Positions 18,178 through 29,356 of a stretch of DNA of 64,000 nucleotides are shown one piece after another. Position numbers and translations under genes: made by a program. The notes beneath the pieces are model-generated. The model was not told the DNA's origin, ran no database searches, and saw only the letters and a program-made list of their open reading frames with translations. Source of the DNA: an uncultured Gemmatimonadales bacterium (GTDB lineage Bacteria > Gemmatimonadota > Gemmatimonadetes > Gemmatimonadales > Gemmatimonadaceae); the NCBI GenBank assembly GCA_963707505.1, contig CAVPQB010000006.1, positions 416,001-480,000 of the forward strand. Direction: 5' to 3'. Positions within the stretch are counted from its first letter, which is position 1. Each line of letters starts with the position of its first letter.

Positions 18178-19122
18178 TCAATTCGGCGCGATCAATCTCC
18201 CGCATCCAATGCGCTTTGTGCTCACGACGATGTTGTCCATGTAGCGGCTCTGCTCCACTGGGGATCCCGCGTTCCAGTAATTCTCGAAGAAGACTGCGTT
18301 GAATCCGTAGTCGGTAACACTCCCGAGCCAGTCGATGTTCCCCTCACGTGCCTCGATAAAGTCGTCGACCCACAGCTCGAACACGCCGTTGTTCTTCCCT
18401 GGATCGTTGAGTCGTGCGTGCGCCTCTATGCAATACCACTTGCCCACACGCGACGGCGCGAAGATCGGTGTCGCACTGCGTATCGCGCCGAGCCAGCGGA
18501 GACGCGAGAAATCGTTGTACGTTGTTGCGCGCACAGCCCCGGAAGCATCGGTCCCCGAATACGGATCTATGACGAGATAATCGGACGTTGCACCACTGCC
18601 GGACCACACCGGCGCGCCCGCGGCCTGCGCCCACGTTTGCGAGGTGAGCACCTGCGCGCGCGACAACTTGTCGCCACCGCCACCGGTCCACGTGGAATCG
18701 TTGCGCAGATACACGCGCCAGTACAGCTCGCGATACACTGTTGCACCGCTATCCACCGGATGCATGTACGGCACCGGAGTCTTGCCGAGTGCGAGCTTGA
18801 GCGATCCAGCATCGACCTGCCCCTTCCTGAAGCGTACGCGCATACCGAACGAACCCAGCACGCCCACACTGTCCGTGCGCTCGAAGCTGGAATCCGGATG
18901 CGTGTACTCGAAGTAGCGGCCGAGCCTGTCGGTCTCGAAGTCGTCGCAGAATATCCATTCCGGCCTGGCGGCATCACACTCGTGAAGCACTGGATGATTC
19001 GGGGCAGTGTCGCGCGCGGTTATCGTATCGATGACGACAGGCGCGACTGGAGTCTGCGCAGCTGCGAGATCCATCAGTGGCGACAGCGCGATGAAGCAGA
19101 TACAGATTACGAGTCGCTTCAT
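18178..19122 (-). CDS. Secreted polysaccharide-lyase-like / beta-jellyroll protein
   Basis: Signal peptide, FCDDFE, GKWYCIE..RLNDPG..NGVFELWVD, YMDNIVVS. Confidence 0.55.
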   Translation of the reverse strand: MKRLVICICFIALSPLMDLAAAQTPVAPVVIDTITARDTAPNHPVLHECDAARPEWIFCDDFETDRLGRYFEYTHPDSSFERTDSVGVLGSFGMRVRFRKGQVDAGSLKLALGKTPVPYMHPVDSGATVYRELYWRVYLRNDSTWTGGGGDKLSRAQVLTSQTWAQAAGAPVWSGSGATSDYLVIDPYSGTDASGAVRATTYNDFSRLRWLGAIRSATPIFAPSRVGKWYCIEAHARLNDPGKNNGVFELWVDDFIEAREGNIDWLGSVTDYGFNAVFFENYWNAGSPVEQSRYMDNIVVSTKRIGCGRLIAPN

Positions 19123-19144
19123 CACGCTGTCACCATTCGTGCGG

Positions 19145-19600
19145 CTACTGCTTCTTCGGCTGGTACGTGCCGGCAGTTGCGCGCGCGGCGACGCTGAGCC
19201 GGTTCCATCCATTGATCGCTACGAGCACCATGGTCAACTCCACGATCTCCTTTTCGGAGAAGTGCGCCTTCACTGCATCGTAGGCTTCGTCGGAAATGAA
19301 ACCGTCGGTCACTACCGTAACTGCCTCGGTCCATATGAAGGCAGCGCGCTCGCGATCCGTGTAGTACGGCGCTTCCCGCCACGCAGGAAGTCCGTACAGA
19401 CGCTGCTCGGTCTCACCCAGTGCACGAAGATCCTTCCAGTGCATGTCGATGCAATATGCACAGTGATTGATTATCGATGCGTAAAGCTTGACGATATGAA
19501 TCAACGGCACTTCCAGGCTGGTCTGATGAACGTACTTCTCCAGCTCGGACATGGCGCGGTAAGCACCAGGATCTGCCGTAACGTTGAATCTGGGCTGCAT
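19145..19600 (-). CDS. Carboxymuconolactone decarboxylase / AhpD-family protein
   Basis: ASIINHCAYCIDMH, WRE..YTDRERAA, INGWNRL. Confidence 0.85.
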   Translation of the reverse strand: MQPRFNVTADPGAYRAMSELEKYVHQTSLEVPLIHIVKLYASIINHCAYCIDMHWKDLRALGETEQRLYGLPAWREAPYYTDRERAAFIWTEAVTVVTDGFISDEAYDAVKAHFSEKEIVELTMVLVAINGWNRLSVAARATAGTYQPKKQ

Positions 19601-19732
19601 GTGATCTCCTTCCATCTGTTGAACTGTGGTAATGCTTTCACACGTAAAGCGACAGGCGCGGATACATCGGCGCCCTGTAGAAGAATAACAACTATCCGAT
19701 GGCGTTACCGCTCGCGCGCGGTACGCCCGCGA

Positions 19733-21403
19733 TCAATAACGCCAGCTCCGGAGATCCGAACCCGCTGGCGCGTACTTCTCCATGTGCGCAGTCATCTTCG
19801 TGATGAGATCCGGCAACGGAGGTCCCCAGCAGTGCGGCGCCATCGGCTGGAACACCACCTCACCAGTCGGCGTCGGATTCCTGGCCTGCTTCAGGAACTC
19901 GTCCAGCTTGTGCACGCCCATGTTCAGGAAGTACGTGTCTGCATCGCCGACGTACACGTTGATCTTGTTCGCGACCTTCGGACCGAGCGTGCTCCAATTC
20001 GTTTCCAGAATGTTGCGCAGATCGTAATGCTGCTTCCAGTAGTCGGCAACCTTCCTGTCGATGACGCCTGTCTTCTTGTCCCAGATCGGCACCGGATAAC
20101 CATCGGCGCCAACTGGTCCGTACGTCGCCTGCCAGATGTCCCACTGACCACCCGAGCGCGCGTGATCTCCCACAGAAAGCTCGAACCAGTTCTCGTCCTT
20201 CATCATCGCCGTGATGTTGCCGTCAGGCTTGCGTGAATCGGGACGCTCGAGCCTGCTCCAGCTTCCTGCATTCAGCCAGTACGCATTGGTGTCAGCGTAG
20301 ATGTCGACGATCTGGAAATAGCGAAAGTCCACACCGTCGGGGCAGAGCGACCACGTACCTCCGTAGAAATCCGGATACATCACCTGATGTGCGAGCGCAA
20401 TCCATCCGCCAGTCGAGCCGCCGGTAAGCAGTCGCGCCCACGGCTCACGCTCGACACGGAACTTCGTCTCGACTGCCGGAATGAGCTCCTTCATGATCGC
20501 GTCGCCGTACGGACCGTTGTTGGCGGAATTCACGCCGTACGAATCGTCATAGTAAGGCGACGGATGTTGCAGCGTGACGAGAATCACTCGCGGCGTTCCG
20601 TCAGCGAGCCAGTAGCTGGTGAACTTTGCGCCAGCTCCTGAAGTGCCCCCGAATCCGCCCGGCGCGCCGAGCGAGAAGTGTCCTTCATCGTACACAATCG
20701 GATACTTCGCGTCTGGATGCTTGTCGTAATCCTTCGGCAGCAGCACGGTCGCGCCAAAATAAATCGGATGTCCCCACCACTTGCTGAGTATCGCGCTCTG
20801 TATCTTGATGTGCTTCACGTACTCGTTGTCGGCAGGCACCGTAACTGGCGGGATGACTTTATCCGCGACGAGCTTGATCGGCTTCGTCGATCGCGGATCG
20901 TACGTGATCACGACTGGATCGCCATAGATGTTGCCAGGCGACCGCTTCCAGTTCTGGCCTTCCCACTGATCCATGTGCATCCACACGGTATGCCCATCGG
21001 CGCGCGCGAATTTCGTGTAGACGTTCACGAACGGCTCGACGCGATATCTGCCGGCTGGAATGTCACGCAGACTCCGAACCGGATGACCGAACGCGGATGC
21101 ATCGATGATCGCAGTCTGGCCCGGCGCGAGATTCTCGACGTTTACCCCGAACAATGGATCGCCGGTCTCTCCGGTTCGCATGATCGGCGTGCCGGCCGTA
21201 TCCGCAAGCCGGCTGATCGCGACGTAGACTCGACCCGTAATCGGTCCCGAATGAGCCGAGCTGGCGAACGAAATCTCGAAACGCGGCCCCGCCGACGCAC
21301 TCGGCGCCTGAGCGTGCAGGGGAAGCGAAACCAGGACGGCCATGAGCGCCGAGCACGTGAGTGTACCTGCCCGCATCGCGAATTGGCATTTGTTTGAGTG
21401 CAT
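19733..21403 (-). CDS. Secreted putative esterase (alpha/beta hydrolase fold)
   Basis: GGSTGG nucleophile elbow, VLLPKDY, ELIPAVE, signal peptide. Confidence 0.75.
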   Translation of the reverse strand: MHSNKCQFAMRAGTLTCSALMAVLVSLPLHAQAPSASAGPRFEISFASSAHSGPITGRVYVAISRLADTAGTPIMRTGETGDPLFGVNVENLAPGQTAIIDASAFGHPVRSLRDIPAGRYRVEPFVNVYTKFARADGHTVWMHMDQWEGQNWKRSPGNIYGDPVVITYDPRSTKPIKLVADKVIPPVTVPADNEYVKHIKIQSAILSKWWGHPIYFGATVLLPKDYDKHPDAKYPIVYDEGHFSLGAPGGFGGTSGAGAKFTSYWLADGTPRVILVTLQHPSPYYDDSYGVNSANNGPYGDAIMKELIPAVETKFRVEREPWARLLTGGSTGGWIALAHQVMYPDFYGGTWSLCPDGVDFRYFQIVDIYADTNAYWLNAGSWSRLERPDSRKPDGNITAMMKDENWFELSVGDHARSGGQWDIWQATYGPVGADGYPVPIWDKKTGVIDRKVADYWKQHYDLRNILETNWSTLGPKVANKINVYVGDADTYFLNMGVHKLDEFLKQARNPTPTGEVVFQPMAPHCWGPPLPDLITKMTAHMEKYAPAGSDLRSWRY

Positions 21404-21420
21404 TCGCGAATCTACTTCTG

Positions 21421-21516
21421 GGGGTCAGGTCTTGCCCCGTGCGCGGTCAAATCAATGCGCGGCGTAGCGATAAGCCGCCATGACCGGGAGCGGCGCACGG
21501 GGCAAGACCTGACCCC
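21421..21516. repeat. REP-like palindromic element with 24-bp perfect arms
   Basis: GGGGTCAGGTCTTGCCCCGTGCGC (21421-21444) and its reverse complement (21493-21516). Confidence 0.75.
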
Positions 21517-21590
21517 TATTCCGAAATGCCGTTTTGTTCGCCATTTTCGGGCGGTCACGAGGACTCACGAACCCGCATTCCGATCATCCA

Positions 21591-23129
21591 ATGACCGATC
21601 ACGACGTCACCAGACGAGATTTCCTCGCTGGAACCGGCAAGCTGGCACTCGGCGCGGTGGTTGCGCCGCACTACATGGCCGCCGAAGCGCGACGGCGAAC
21701 TCCGAGCGGCATGCTTAACGTCGCGATAATCGGCTTCGGAGGCCAGGGATCTGTGAACGCGGAAGCGCTCGCCGAGGTCTGCAACATCGTCGCGATCTGC
21801 GATGTGGACGTGGACCGGATGATCCTCAAGAAAGTCACCGATCCCGACGGCAAGGGCACCCCCGCACGACTGCGGCTTGAAGCTCAGCTGAAAAAGGCTG
21901 TGCGATACACCGACTTTCGCGAAATGCTGGCGAAGCAACATGATATAGATGGAGTCGTAGTAGCGACTCCCGATCACCAGCACGCAGTGATCGCGAAGGC
22001 AGCTATGCAAGCGGGCAAGCACGTGTACGTTCAGAAGCCGCTGACGTCATCCGTGCACGAGTCGCGCGTGTTACGCGAGATGGCACTCGCGAATCCAAAA
22101 CTCGTTACGCAGATGGGCAACCAGGGCCACTCCGGCGACGGCGCACGACTCATCAACGAGTGGATTCAGGCTGGAATAATCGGTGACGTGCGCGAAGTTC
22201 ACGTCTGGACCAACAGACCGAAGGGTTACTGGCCGCAGGCGATCCCGCGACCATCCAAATCCAAGCCGCCAGTGGAATATCCCGACGACGGTTTCGGCAC
22301 CGAGTGGGGCCAACGCCGCCTCGACGATGCAATCGCGTACTCGATGGGCTCATACCCGGTACCGGACGGTCTTCGCTGGAATCTCTACCTCGGCGGCATC
22401 CCCGAAGACATTCCATATCATCCGATCTACCATCCCTTCAACTGGCGCGGTTGGCTCGACTACGGCGTGGGCGCACTCGGCGACATGGGTGCGCATCTGA
22501 TAGATCAACCCTACTGGGCGCTCGGCCTGACGTATCCGACAAGCATCGAGGCGACGTCCACGCCGTGGGGCGTGATGGAGCAAGCCGAGCCTGCACGCCT
22601 GACCGCCAGCAGTCGTCCCAAGATGCGTCAGGTCTCGTATCCGCTGGCGACGAACGTGCACTACCAGTTCGCCGCGCGTGGCGCGCAGCCGCCGGTCAAA
22701 TTGAGCTGGTACGACGGAGGTCTGTATCCGCCGCGGCCGGACGCGCTGCCGGATGACGTGCCACTCAAATCGAACGGAGTAATATTCGTCGGCGAGCGCG
22801 GAATTCTCATGAACGATACGTACGGACAGAATCCGCGGCTGTATCCCGTGTCGCTCATGGCAGACGCCGCGCTCGTGCCCAAGAGTTACGAGCGCATTCC
22901 GTGGGGTCACGAAGTGAACTGGGCAAAGGCTTGCATGGGACAGGCGACGGCGAGCTCGCCGTTCGAATACAGTGCGCGTCTCACCGAGACGATGCTGCTC
23001 GGCATCGTTGCGCTGCGCACGGGTCAGGGACGAAAGTTGCTGTACGATGGAGAGCAGATGCTGGTGACCAACATACCGGAAGCGAATCAGTATCTGCGGC
23101 GCGAGTATCGCGCCGGCTGGTCGGTCTAA
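21591..23129 (+). CDS. Gfo/Idh/MocA oxidoreductase with Tat signal
   Basis: [37 protein letters not shown]. Confidence 0.9.
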   Translation: MTDHDVTRRDFLAGTGKLALGAVVAPHYMAAEARRRTPSGMLNVAIIGFGGQGSVNAEALAEVCNIVAICDVDVDRMILKKVTDPDGKGTPARLRLEAQLKKAVRYTDFREMLAKQHDIDGVVVATPDHQHAVIAKAAMQAGKHVYVQKPLTSSVHESRVLREMALANPKLVTQMGNQGHSGDGARLINEWIQAGIIGDVREVHVWTNRPKGYWPQAIPRPSKSKPPVEYPDDGFGTEWGQRRLDDAIAYSMGSYPVPDGLRWNLYLGGIPEDIPYHPIYHPFNWRGWLDYGVGALGDMGAHLIDQPYWALGLTYPTSIEATSTPWGVMEQAEPARLTASSRPKMRQVSYPLATNVHYQFAARGAQPPVKLSWYDGGLYPPRPDALPDDVPLKSNGVIFVGERGILMNDTYGQNPRLYPVSLMADAALVPKSYERIPWGHEVNWAKACMGQATASSPFEYSARLTETMLLGIVALRTGQGRKLLYDGEQMLVTNIPEANQYLRREYRAGWSV

Positions 23130-23149
23130 ATTCCAACAATCAAGGGGTC

Positions 23150-23959
23150 ATGATGTACGAAAAGGCATTGACGCGCTCCGCAACGTTCGTTGCAACGTCA
23201 GTTGCAACGGCGGTTGCAACGGCGCTGTTGCTCACGGGATGCGCGAAGACTTCCAACCAGGCGAGTACACCCGCCGGTTCAACCGGTGCGGTTGCATCAG
23301 CGACTGACACGGGCACGCACAGTGCAGGAGCTGGAGGCATGGCTGCCACACTCGATTCCGCCGGATGGCGCGCGTTGTTCGACGGAACGTCGCTCGCTGC
23401 ATTCCGCGGATACAAGACCGACAGCGTTCCTGCCGGCTGGCACATCGTCGACGGCACGCTCACAAAGTCAGGCAGTGTGGGCGATCTCGTAACGCGCGAC
23501 AAGTTCGGTGACTTCGAGCTTGCATTCGACTGGAAGCTCGGATCGGGCGGAAACTCGGGAGTGATGTACCGTGTGACCGAAGAGTACGATCACATGTACT
23601 GGAGCGGACCCGAATACCAGCTACTCGACGATGCAGGTCATCCCGACGGAAAGAGTCGTTTGACGGCCGCTGGATCTGCGTATGCTGTATATCCGTCGCC
23701 AGCAGGTGTCGTGAAGCCGGCAAACCAGTGGAATTCGAGCCTTATCGTCGTGAAGGGTAATCATGTGGAGCACTGGATGAACGGCCAGAAGCTGCTCGAG
23801 TACGATCTGCAGAGCCCCGACTGGAAAGCAAAGGTCAAGGCGAGCAAGTTCTCGGCATGGCCGAACTACGGACTTGCGCGGACTGGATACATTGGAATTC
23901 AGGGAGATCACGACGGCGTGCTCGCACTCCGCAACATCAAGGTTCGCGAACTGAAGTAG
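23150..23959 (+). CDS. DUF1080 (3-keto-disaccharide hydrolase family) lipoprotein
   Basis: LLLTGC lipobox, LFDG, GNSGV, EYQLLD, GYIGIQGDH..RNIKVREL. Confidence 0.85.
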   Translation: MMYEKALTRSATFVATSVATAVATALLLTGCAKTSNQASTPAGSTGAVASATDTGTHSAGAGGMAATLDSAGWRALFDGTSLAAFRGYKTDSVPAGWHIVDGTLTKSGSVGDLVTRDKFGDFELAFDWKLGSGGNSGVMYRVTEEYDHMYWSGPEYQLLDDAGHPDGKSRLTAAGSAYAVYPSPAGVVKPANQWNSSLIVVKGNHVEHWMNGQKLLEYDLQSPDWKAKVKASKFSAWPNYGLARTGYIGIQGDHDGVLALRNIKVRELK

Positions 23960-25283
23960 CGACTTCGGGTCGACCGGCAACGTACTGGCGGATTGCGTAC
24001 AACACCGTCGCAATCACCAGTGCCACGCCGACGCTGATGAATTCGATTCGCGACGCGCTGGAGAGCATCCACACCACGACGACGCACGCAAGTAGAGGAA
24101 TGACGGGACCGCCGCGCAACACGAACGGCGGTCCGTCCGTGCGAACGTCGCGCCTGCGCAACTGGATCGCCGCAAGACACGTCGCAAAATAGATGAGCAG
24201 CATCGAAACGGTCGACAACACCACCAGTGAAGTGAACGTACCGGTGAGCGCGAATGCAACGCACGCGGCGGCGTGCGCGATTATCGCTAGCGCAGGAGTG
24301 TGATGACGCGGATGCACCGAGCCGAAACGTGCAGGGAGAAAGCCATCCCTGCCGAATGCGAACAGAATTCGCGGAGTGGTGAGCATGTCGCCGCTCACAT
24401 AGCCGAACGCTGATACGGCAGCCGCGATGGCAAGCAGCGCACCACCGGCAGATCCGAACGCACGAGTGGCGACTCCCACCAGCGGAGCGGTCTGATTGCT
24501 CGCCAACTGTGGTCCGAGCACTCCCTGCGCTACGAGCTGAATCGCAATGTAAAGCACTGAGACTGCGCCGAGTCCGAGGAGAATTGCGCGCGGAACCGTG
24601 CGCGATGGATTGATTACCTCGCCGCTGGACGTGAGCGCGTTCTCGACTCCCTGAAATGCGAAGATGAGCAGCAGCGACGCAGAGCCGACCTGCGAGAACG
24701 TCGGAGTGAAGCTCCACTCCAGATTCACGGGTCGCACGAAGAATGCGCCCACCACCACAAGAAGAATCAACGGCAGCAACTTGGCCGCCGTCAGCGTCTC
24801 GACGATTCTGACGCCGGAACGCACGCCCCGTATGTTGAGCGCCGCGAGCGCGGCATACAGCACAATCAGCAATGCGGCGTGCGGCACCGGTGCCGCGAGT
24901 GCTGGCAGGAGCGCCGCAAGAGATCCGACGAACACCATCGCGACCGCCGCGCTCGCGACCGTCTGGCTGCACCAGAACAGCACTCCGGAGAGAAACCCAC
25001 TGAACGGCCCGAATGCGGTCTCTATGTATGCATACAATCCGCCCGGCGCTGACACTCGGCTCCCCGCCTCCGCGAAGCTCAGTGCGATGAGTCCGGCGGC
25101 GATCGCGCATACTATATAAGCGATGATCGCGGAAGCGCCGAGTGTCGCCGCGACAACGGCAGGCAGGACGAAGATGCCCGATCCAATGACGCTGTTGATC
25201 GTGTTGGCGCCGAGTGCACGCACCCCCAGCGCGCGGATCAGTCCGGTATCTGCGACCAGTGGTGTAGCCTTCACATCCGCCAT
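23937..25283 (-). CDS. APC-family amino acid permease
   Basis: IGSGIF, FAEAGSR..GGLYAY, FAFQG.E, ~12 TM segments. Confidence 0.88.
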   Translation of the reverse strand: MADVKATPLVADTGLIRALGVRALGANTINSVIGSGIFVLPAVVAATLGASAIIAYIVCAIAAGLIALSFAEAGSRVSAPGGLYAYIETAFGPFSGFLSGVLFWCSQTVASAAVAMVFVGSLAALLPALAAPVPHAALLIVLYAALAALNIRGVRSGVRIVETLTAAKLLPLILLVVVGAFFVRPVNLEWSFTPTFSQVGSASLLLIFAFQGVENALTSSGEVINPSRTVPRAILLGLGAVSVLYIAIQLVAQGVLGPQLASNQTAPLVGVATRAFGSAGGALLAIAAAVSAFGYVSGDMLTTPRILFAFGRDGFLPARFGSVHPRHHTPALAIIAHAAACVAFALTGTFTSLVVLSTVSMLLIYFATCLAAIQLRRRDVRTDGPPFVLRGGPVIPLLACVVVVWMLSSASRIEFISVGVALVIATVLYAIRQYVAGRPEVATSVREP

Positions 25284-25437
25284 GCCAGCTCCGGGTCGGG
25301 GAATATCGCTTTTTGCCTGTGCAGCGGCTACAACATACATCCGGCGCGCGAATACCGATACAGCGGCGCTGGTAAGCAGCGTACAGTAGGCACCAACCGG
25401 CGCTTCGCCGGAGATGTGGTCCCGATTAATTTGCGCG

Positions 25438-26856
25438 ATGCCCGAAGGTACCGAAGTCATCGTTCCGAGCACGCACGGATTCTGGGAAACCGTGCGCGAG
25501 TCGCTGCGTGGATCGCACCACGACTACACCAGGGGCAGCATCCCGCGCGCGATTCTCCTGCTCGCCGTGCCGATGGTGCTGGAGATGGTACTCGAGAGCG
25601 TCTTCGCCGTTACCGATGTCTTCTTCGTCGGCAAGCTCGGCGCTGACGCTGTCGCCACAGTTGGCCTCACCGAATCGCTGCTGACCGTTCTGTACGCAAT
25701 GGCGATGGGACTGTCCATCGGAGTCACGGCGATGGTCGCGCGCCGCATTGGCGAGCACGATGTGGAAGGGGCGAGAGACGCTGCCGTGCAGGGAGTCATC
25801 GTCGGTCTCGTGATTGCCATCGTGCTCGGCGTCGCCGGCGTGATACTGGCGCCACGGCTGCTCGGTCTCATGGGTGCGTCGCCGCAAGTCATCGCGATCG
25901 GATCCAACTTCACGCGCGTCATGCTCGGCGGCGACGTGAGTGTGGTGCTGCTATTTCTTGCGAACGCCGTGTTCCGCGGCGCGGGCGACGCTGCGATAGC
26001 GATGCGCGTTCTCTGGCTGGCGAATGCGATCAACATCGTGCTCGGACCGTGTTTGATCTTCGGACTGGGTCCGTTCCCCGCGCTGGGCGTAACAGGTGGT
26101 GCAGTGGCGACGACGATCGGACGCGGCACCGGCGCCGTGTACGCACTGTCGCGACTCGTGCGCGGCCGCGGAAAGATCGCGGTGGCCCGCAAGGACGTGC
26201 GCGTGAGGCCGCGTCTGATGGGCAAGCTCATCACGCTGTCGGCGGCCGGCACGTTCCAGATGATCATCGGAATGGCGAGCTGGATTGGGCTGGTGCGAAT
26301 CGTCTCGACATACGGCAGCGACGCGCTGGCGGGTTACACGATCGGTGTGCGACTGATCGTGTTCGCGCTGCTGCCTTCGTGGGGAATGAGCAACGCCGCC
26401 GCCACCATGGTGGGTCAGGCTCTCGGCGCGAACGATCCGGATCGCGCGGAGCGCGCAGTGTGGCGCGCCGCCGCGTACAACACGCTGTTCCTCACGACCA
26501 TTGGATTGTTGTTCGTGATCGCAGCCACGCCGATCGTCAGCATCTTCACCAGTGATCCTCTGGTTGCTGGATACGCAGTGGACTGTCTCCGGACGGTTTC
26601 ATACGGATTCCTGTTGTATGCCGGCGGAATGGTTTTGACGCAGGCGTTCAATGGCGCTGGCGATACGTGGACGCCGACAGTACTGAATCTGCTGGTGTTC
26701 TGGGTATTCGAGATTCCGCTGGCGTACATCCTCGCGAAGACGCTGAACATGGGGCCGCACGGCGTTTTCCTGGCGATCACCATCTCGTTCTCCGCGCTCA
26801 CCGTCGTCAGCGCAGTGGTGTTCAGACTCGGACGGTGGAAGCGGCGAAAGGTCTGA
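25438..26856 (+). CDS. MATE-family efflux transporter
   Basis: LAVPM..D.FFVGKLG..A.A.VG, FRGAGD, FNGAGDT, 12 TM. Confidence 0.9.
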   Translation: MPEGTEVIVPSTHGFWETVRESLRGSHHDYTRGSIPRAILLLAVPMVLEMVLESVFAVTDVFFVGKLGADAVATVGLTESLLTVLYAMAMGLSIGVTAMVARRIGEHDVEGARDAAVQGVIVGLVIAIVLGVAGVILAPRLLGLMGASPQVIAIGSNFTRVMLGGDVSVVLLFLANAVFRGAGDAAIAMRVLWLANAINIVLGPCLIFGLGPFPALGVTGGAVATTIGRGTGAVYALSRLVRGRGKIAVARKDVRVRPRLMGKLITLSAAGTFQMIIGMASWIGLVRIVSTYGSDALAGYTIGVRLIVFALLPSWGMSNAAATMVGQALGANDPDRAERAVWRAAAYNTLFLTTIGLLFVIAATPIVSIFTSDPLVAGYAVDCLRTVSYGFLLYAGGMVLTQAFNGAGDTWTPTVLNLLVFWVFEIPLAYILAKTLNMGPHGVFLAITISFSALTVVSAVVFRLGRWKRRKV

Positions 26857-26890
26857 CCTGCCCGGAGGCCGCCGTGCCCTTGCTCGGCAA

Positions 26891-26930
26891 TACTTGACAA
26901 CGGCAACCAATTAGTTGACTTTGTCAAGTA
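26891..26930. promoter_or_regulatory. Putative MarR-type operator
   Basis: TACTTGACAA...TTGTCAAGTA inverted repeat with inner TTGAC-TTT-GTCAA, just upstream of the MarR-GNAT gene. Confidence 0.5.
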
Positions 26931-26952
26931 TCACCCGGACAGGGACAGAAGC

Positions 26953-27987
26953 ATGAGTACCGCTCGAAAGGTTGCAGGGCGGGTCGAGAAGACCGCACGG
27001 AAGCAAGCGCCGGCTGCACCAACCGTGGATCCAGCGCGGATCGAGGAGATGCGGCGCTTCAATCGCTTCTACACGCGAGAGATCGGCGTGCTGGAGCAGG
27101 GCCATCTGCACAGCGAGTTCTCGCTCGCTGCGGTGCGGCTGTTGTACGAGCTCGCACACTGGAATGACGATCGCCCGGATCCGCCGACCGCGACGGACGT
27201 CGCGCGCGAGATGGGACTCGATGCTGGCTATCTGAGCCGGCTCCTCCGCGATCTCGTGCGTAAACGGCTCGTGAAGCGCGCACCGTCGCCTGTTGACGCG
27301 AGACAACACCATCTGCGATTGACACCCGAAGGACGCAGCGTAGCCGCGGATCTCGAGAGGCGGGCGAAGGCCGACATCGCGACATTGCTCGCACCGTTGA
27401 ACGACGACAAGCAGCGTCTGGTGATCGACGCACTCCGCACGGTGCAGGCCTCGCTCTCAGCTCGATCGGACAACAGCTCGCCCGACGTCTCCGTCGAAGC
27501 ACCGGCGTTCATCGTCAGACCACCGCGTGCCGGCGACCTCGGTTGGGTGGTCGCTCGACATGGTGCGGTGTACTCACGGGAATACGGCTGGAATGCAGAA
27601 TTTGAAGGTCTGGTTGCACGCATAGTCGCGGATTACATCGAGCAGCACGATGCGGAGCGCGAGGCGTGCTGGATAGCGGAGCGGAATGGCGAGAACGTCG
27701 GCAGCATATTTCTCGTCCGGCATCCCGAGCGTGCGGGCGTCGCGAAGTTGCGTCTGCTCCTGGTCGAGCCGTCCGCACGCGGACTCGGAGTCGGGCGCCG
27801 GCTCGTCGAGGAGTGCACACGATTCGCGCGGAAAGCGGGGTATCACACCATCACGCTGTGGACGAACAGCATTCTGGTTTCAGCACTGCGCATCTACCAA
27901 GCCGCGGGATACACAATGATCGAAGAGACACCGCATCACAGCTTTGGACACGACCTGGTGAGTCAGGTATGGGAGCTGGAGTTGTAG
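26953..27987 (+). CDS. Bifunctional MarR HTH / GNAT acetyltransferase
   Basis: RRFNRFYT, LDAGYLSR, D.R..LT..G, LRLLLVEPSARGLGVG. Confidence 0.9.
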   Translation: MSTARKVAGRVEKTARKQAPAAPTVDPARIEEMRRFNRFYTREIGVLEQGHLHSEFSLAAVRLLYELAHWNDDRPDPPTATDVAREMGLDAGYLSRLLRDLVRKRLVKRAPSPVDARQHHLRLTPEGRSVAADLERRAKADIATLLAPLNDDKQRLVIDALRTVQASLSARSDNSSPDVSVEAPAFIVRPPRAGDLGWVVARHGAVYSREYGWNAEFEGLVARIVADYIEQHDAEREACWIAERNGENVGSIFLVRHPERAGVAKLRLLLVEPSARGLGVGRRLVEECTRFARKAGYHTITLWTNSILVSALRIYQAAGYTMIEETPHHSFGHDLVSQVWELEL

Positions 27988-28009
27988 GCCGGATGCCACG
28001 CTGACGCTC

Positions 28010-29356
28010 TCAAAGATTCGCCGGCGCTACCCGCGATCCCGTTCTTGTACGTGCCACCAGAAACAATCCCGACGCCACCACCAGAACTCCGCCGATCACC
28101 GAGAACTCCCTGACCGTCGCGTTGCTCAGTATCCACACGATCACCGCAACAGCCAGGAACGGCACCACAGCTCCGCCTGGAATCCTGAACGGCGTTCCTC
28201 CCGCCTGAACATTCCTTCTCCGCAGTTCCCAGGCTGAGATGCAGCAGAAGAGATACAACACCAACACCGCGATGTTGCTGAGTATCGCGAGCTCCGCGAA
28301 GCCGCCTGTCACAGCAACGATGAAAGTCATCGTGCACTGCACCGCGATCGCGACTGCGGGCGTATCGTACTTCTGATGCACGCGCGCGAAGATCGGTGGA
28401 AGAATCCCGTCACGCCCGAACGCGTACAGCGCGCGCGGAGCCGTGAGCATCATTCCGCTCACGTAGCCGAACATCGAGATGCTCGCGCACACGCCGATGA
28501 ATATCGCGCCGCCCGACCCTGCCACCGCGCGAGCTGCTGACGTTAGCGGTGCCGCCTGCTCCAGCGCGAGCTGAGGACCGAGGATCATCTGCGCGACATA
28601 TTGTATCGATACATACAGAATCGTTATCGCGGTCATCGCCATGAACAACGCCCTCGGCACCGTCCGCGCAGGATCCTTCACCTCGCCACTCGGCACCAGA
28701 GCGAATTCGATTCCAGCAAAGGCGAAGATCAGCACGATCACGGATCGGCCCAGTTTCGCCGGTGCGAGATTGCCAAGCACGTCTGGAGCGCCTCCGTGTG
28801 CGAGCGCGGCGCCAATCACGACGAACACGATGAGCGGCAACAATTTCACGATCGTCACCAGCTCGAGGAACCGCGTGCTCTGTTTCGTTCCGCGAATGTT
28901 CAGCGCACCGAACAACAGAAACACCAGCGCCAGTATCAGCGCGCGCGGTACCGGTTGCGCGAGCGGCGCCCAGAATACGGCGATCGATCCGATGAACGCG
29001 CTCCCAACAGCGGCCGTCGCCGTTGTCCCCACCAGCCACAGCAACGTTCCGACGAGAAATCCAACGTACTTGCCAAGCGCGATCTCGACATACGCGTAGG
29101 GCCCACCGGTGAGCGATACTCTGCTCCCGGCCTGTGCAAAGCAAAGTACGATGAGTCCCATCGCTGCCGCGACAACAACGTACGCAACGGGCGCCGACGG
29201 ACCTATTGCGGCCGCAACGACAGCTGGAAGTACGAATATCCCCCCACCCACCGTGACGTTGAACGCCGTGGCCGCGAGCGCGCGCACACCAATCGCGCGC
29301 TCCAGGCCACGTTCTGAAGTGACAGGACCGTCATTCTCGCGAAAGCGGGAATCCAT
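28010..29356 (-). CDS. APC-family amino acid permease (paralog of 23937-25283)
   Basis: VGGGIF, FAQAGSR..GGPYAY, FAFAG.E. The long upstream ORF extension is REP-derived. Confidence 0.85.
   Translation of the reverse strand: MDSRFRENDGPVTSERGLERAIGVRALAATAFNVTVGGGIFVLPAVVAAAIGPSAPVAYVVVAAAMGLIVLCFAQAGSRVSLTGGPYAYVEIALGKYVGFLVGTLLWLVGTTATAAVGSAFIGSIAVFWAPLAQPVPRALILALVFLLFGALNIRGTKQSTRFLELVTIVKLLPLIVFVVIGAALAHGGAPDVLGNLAPAKLGRSVIVLIFAFAGIEFALVPSGEVKDPARTVPRALFMAMTAITILYVSIQYVAQMILGPQLALEQAAPLTSAARAVAGSGGAIFIGVCASISMFGYVSGMMLTAPRALYAFGRDGILPPIFARVHQKYDTPAVAIAVQCTMTFIVAVTGGFAELAILSNIAVLVLYLFCCISAWELRRRNVQAGGTPFRIPGGAVVPFLAVAVIVWILSNATVREFSVIGGVLVVASGLFLVARTRTGSRVAPANL

Noticed and set aside
19007..20236. 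409-aa plus-strand ORF and similar long antisense ORFs (60154-61515, 41208-42248, 23908-25110)
   Set aside because: Shadow frames of well-supported genes in GC-rich DNA, with no motifs.
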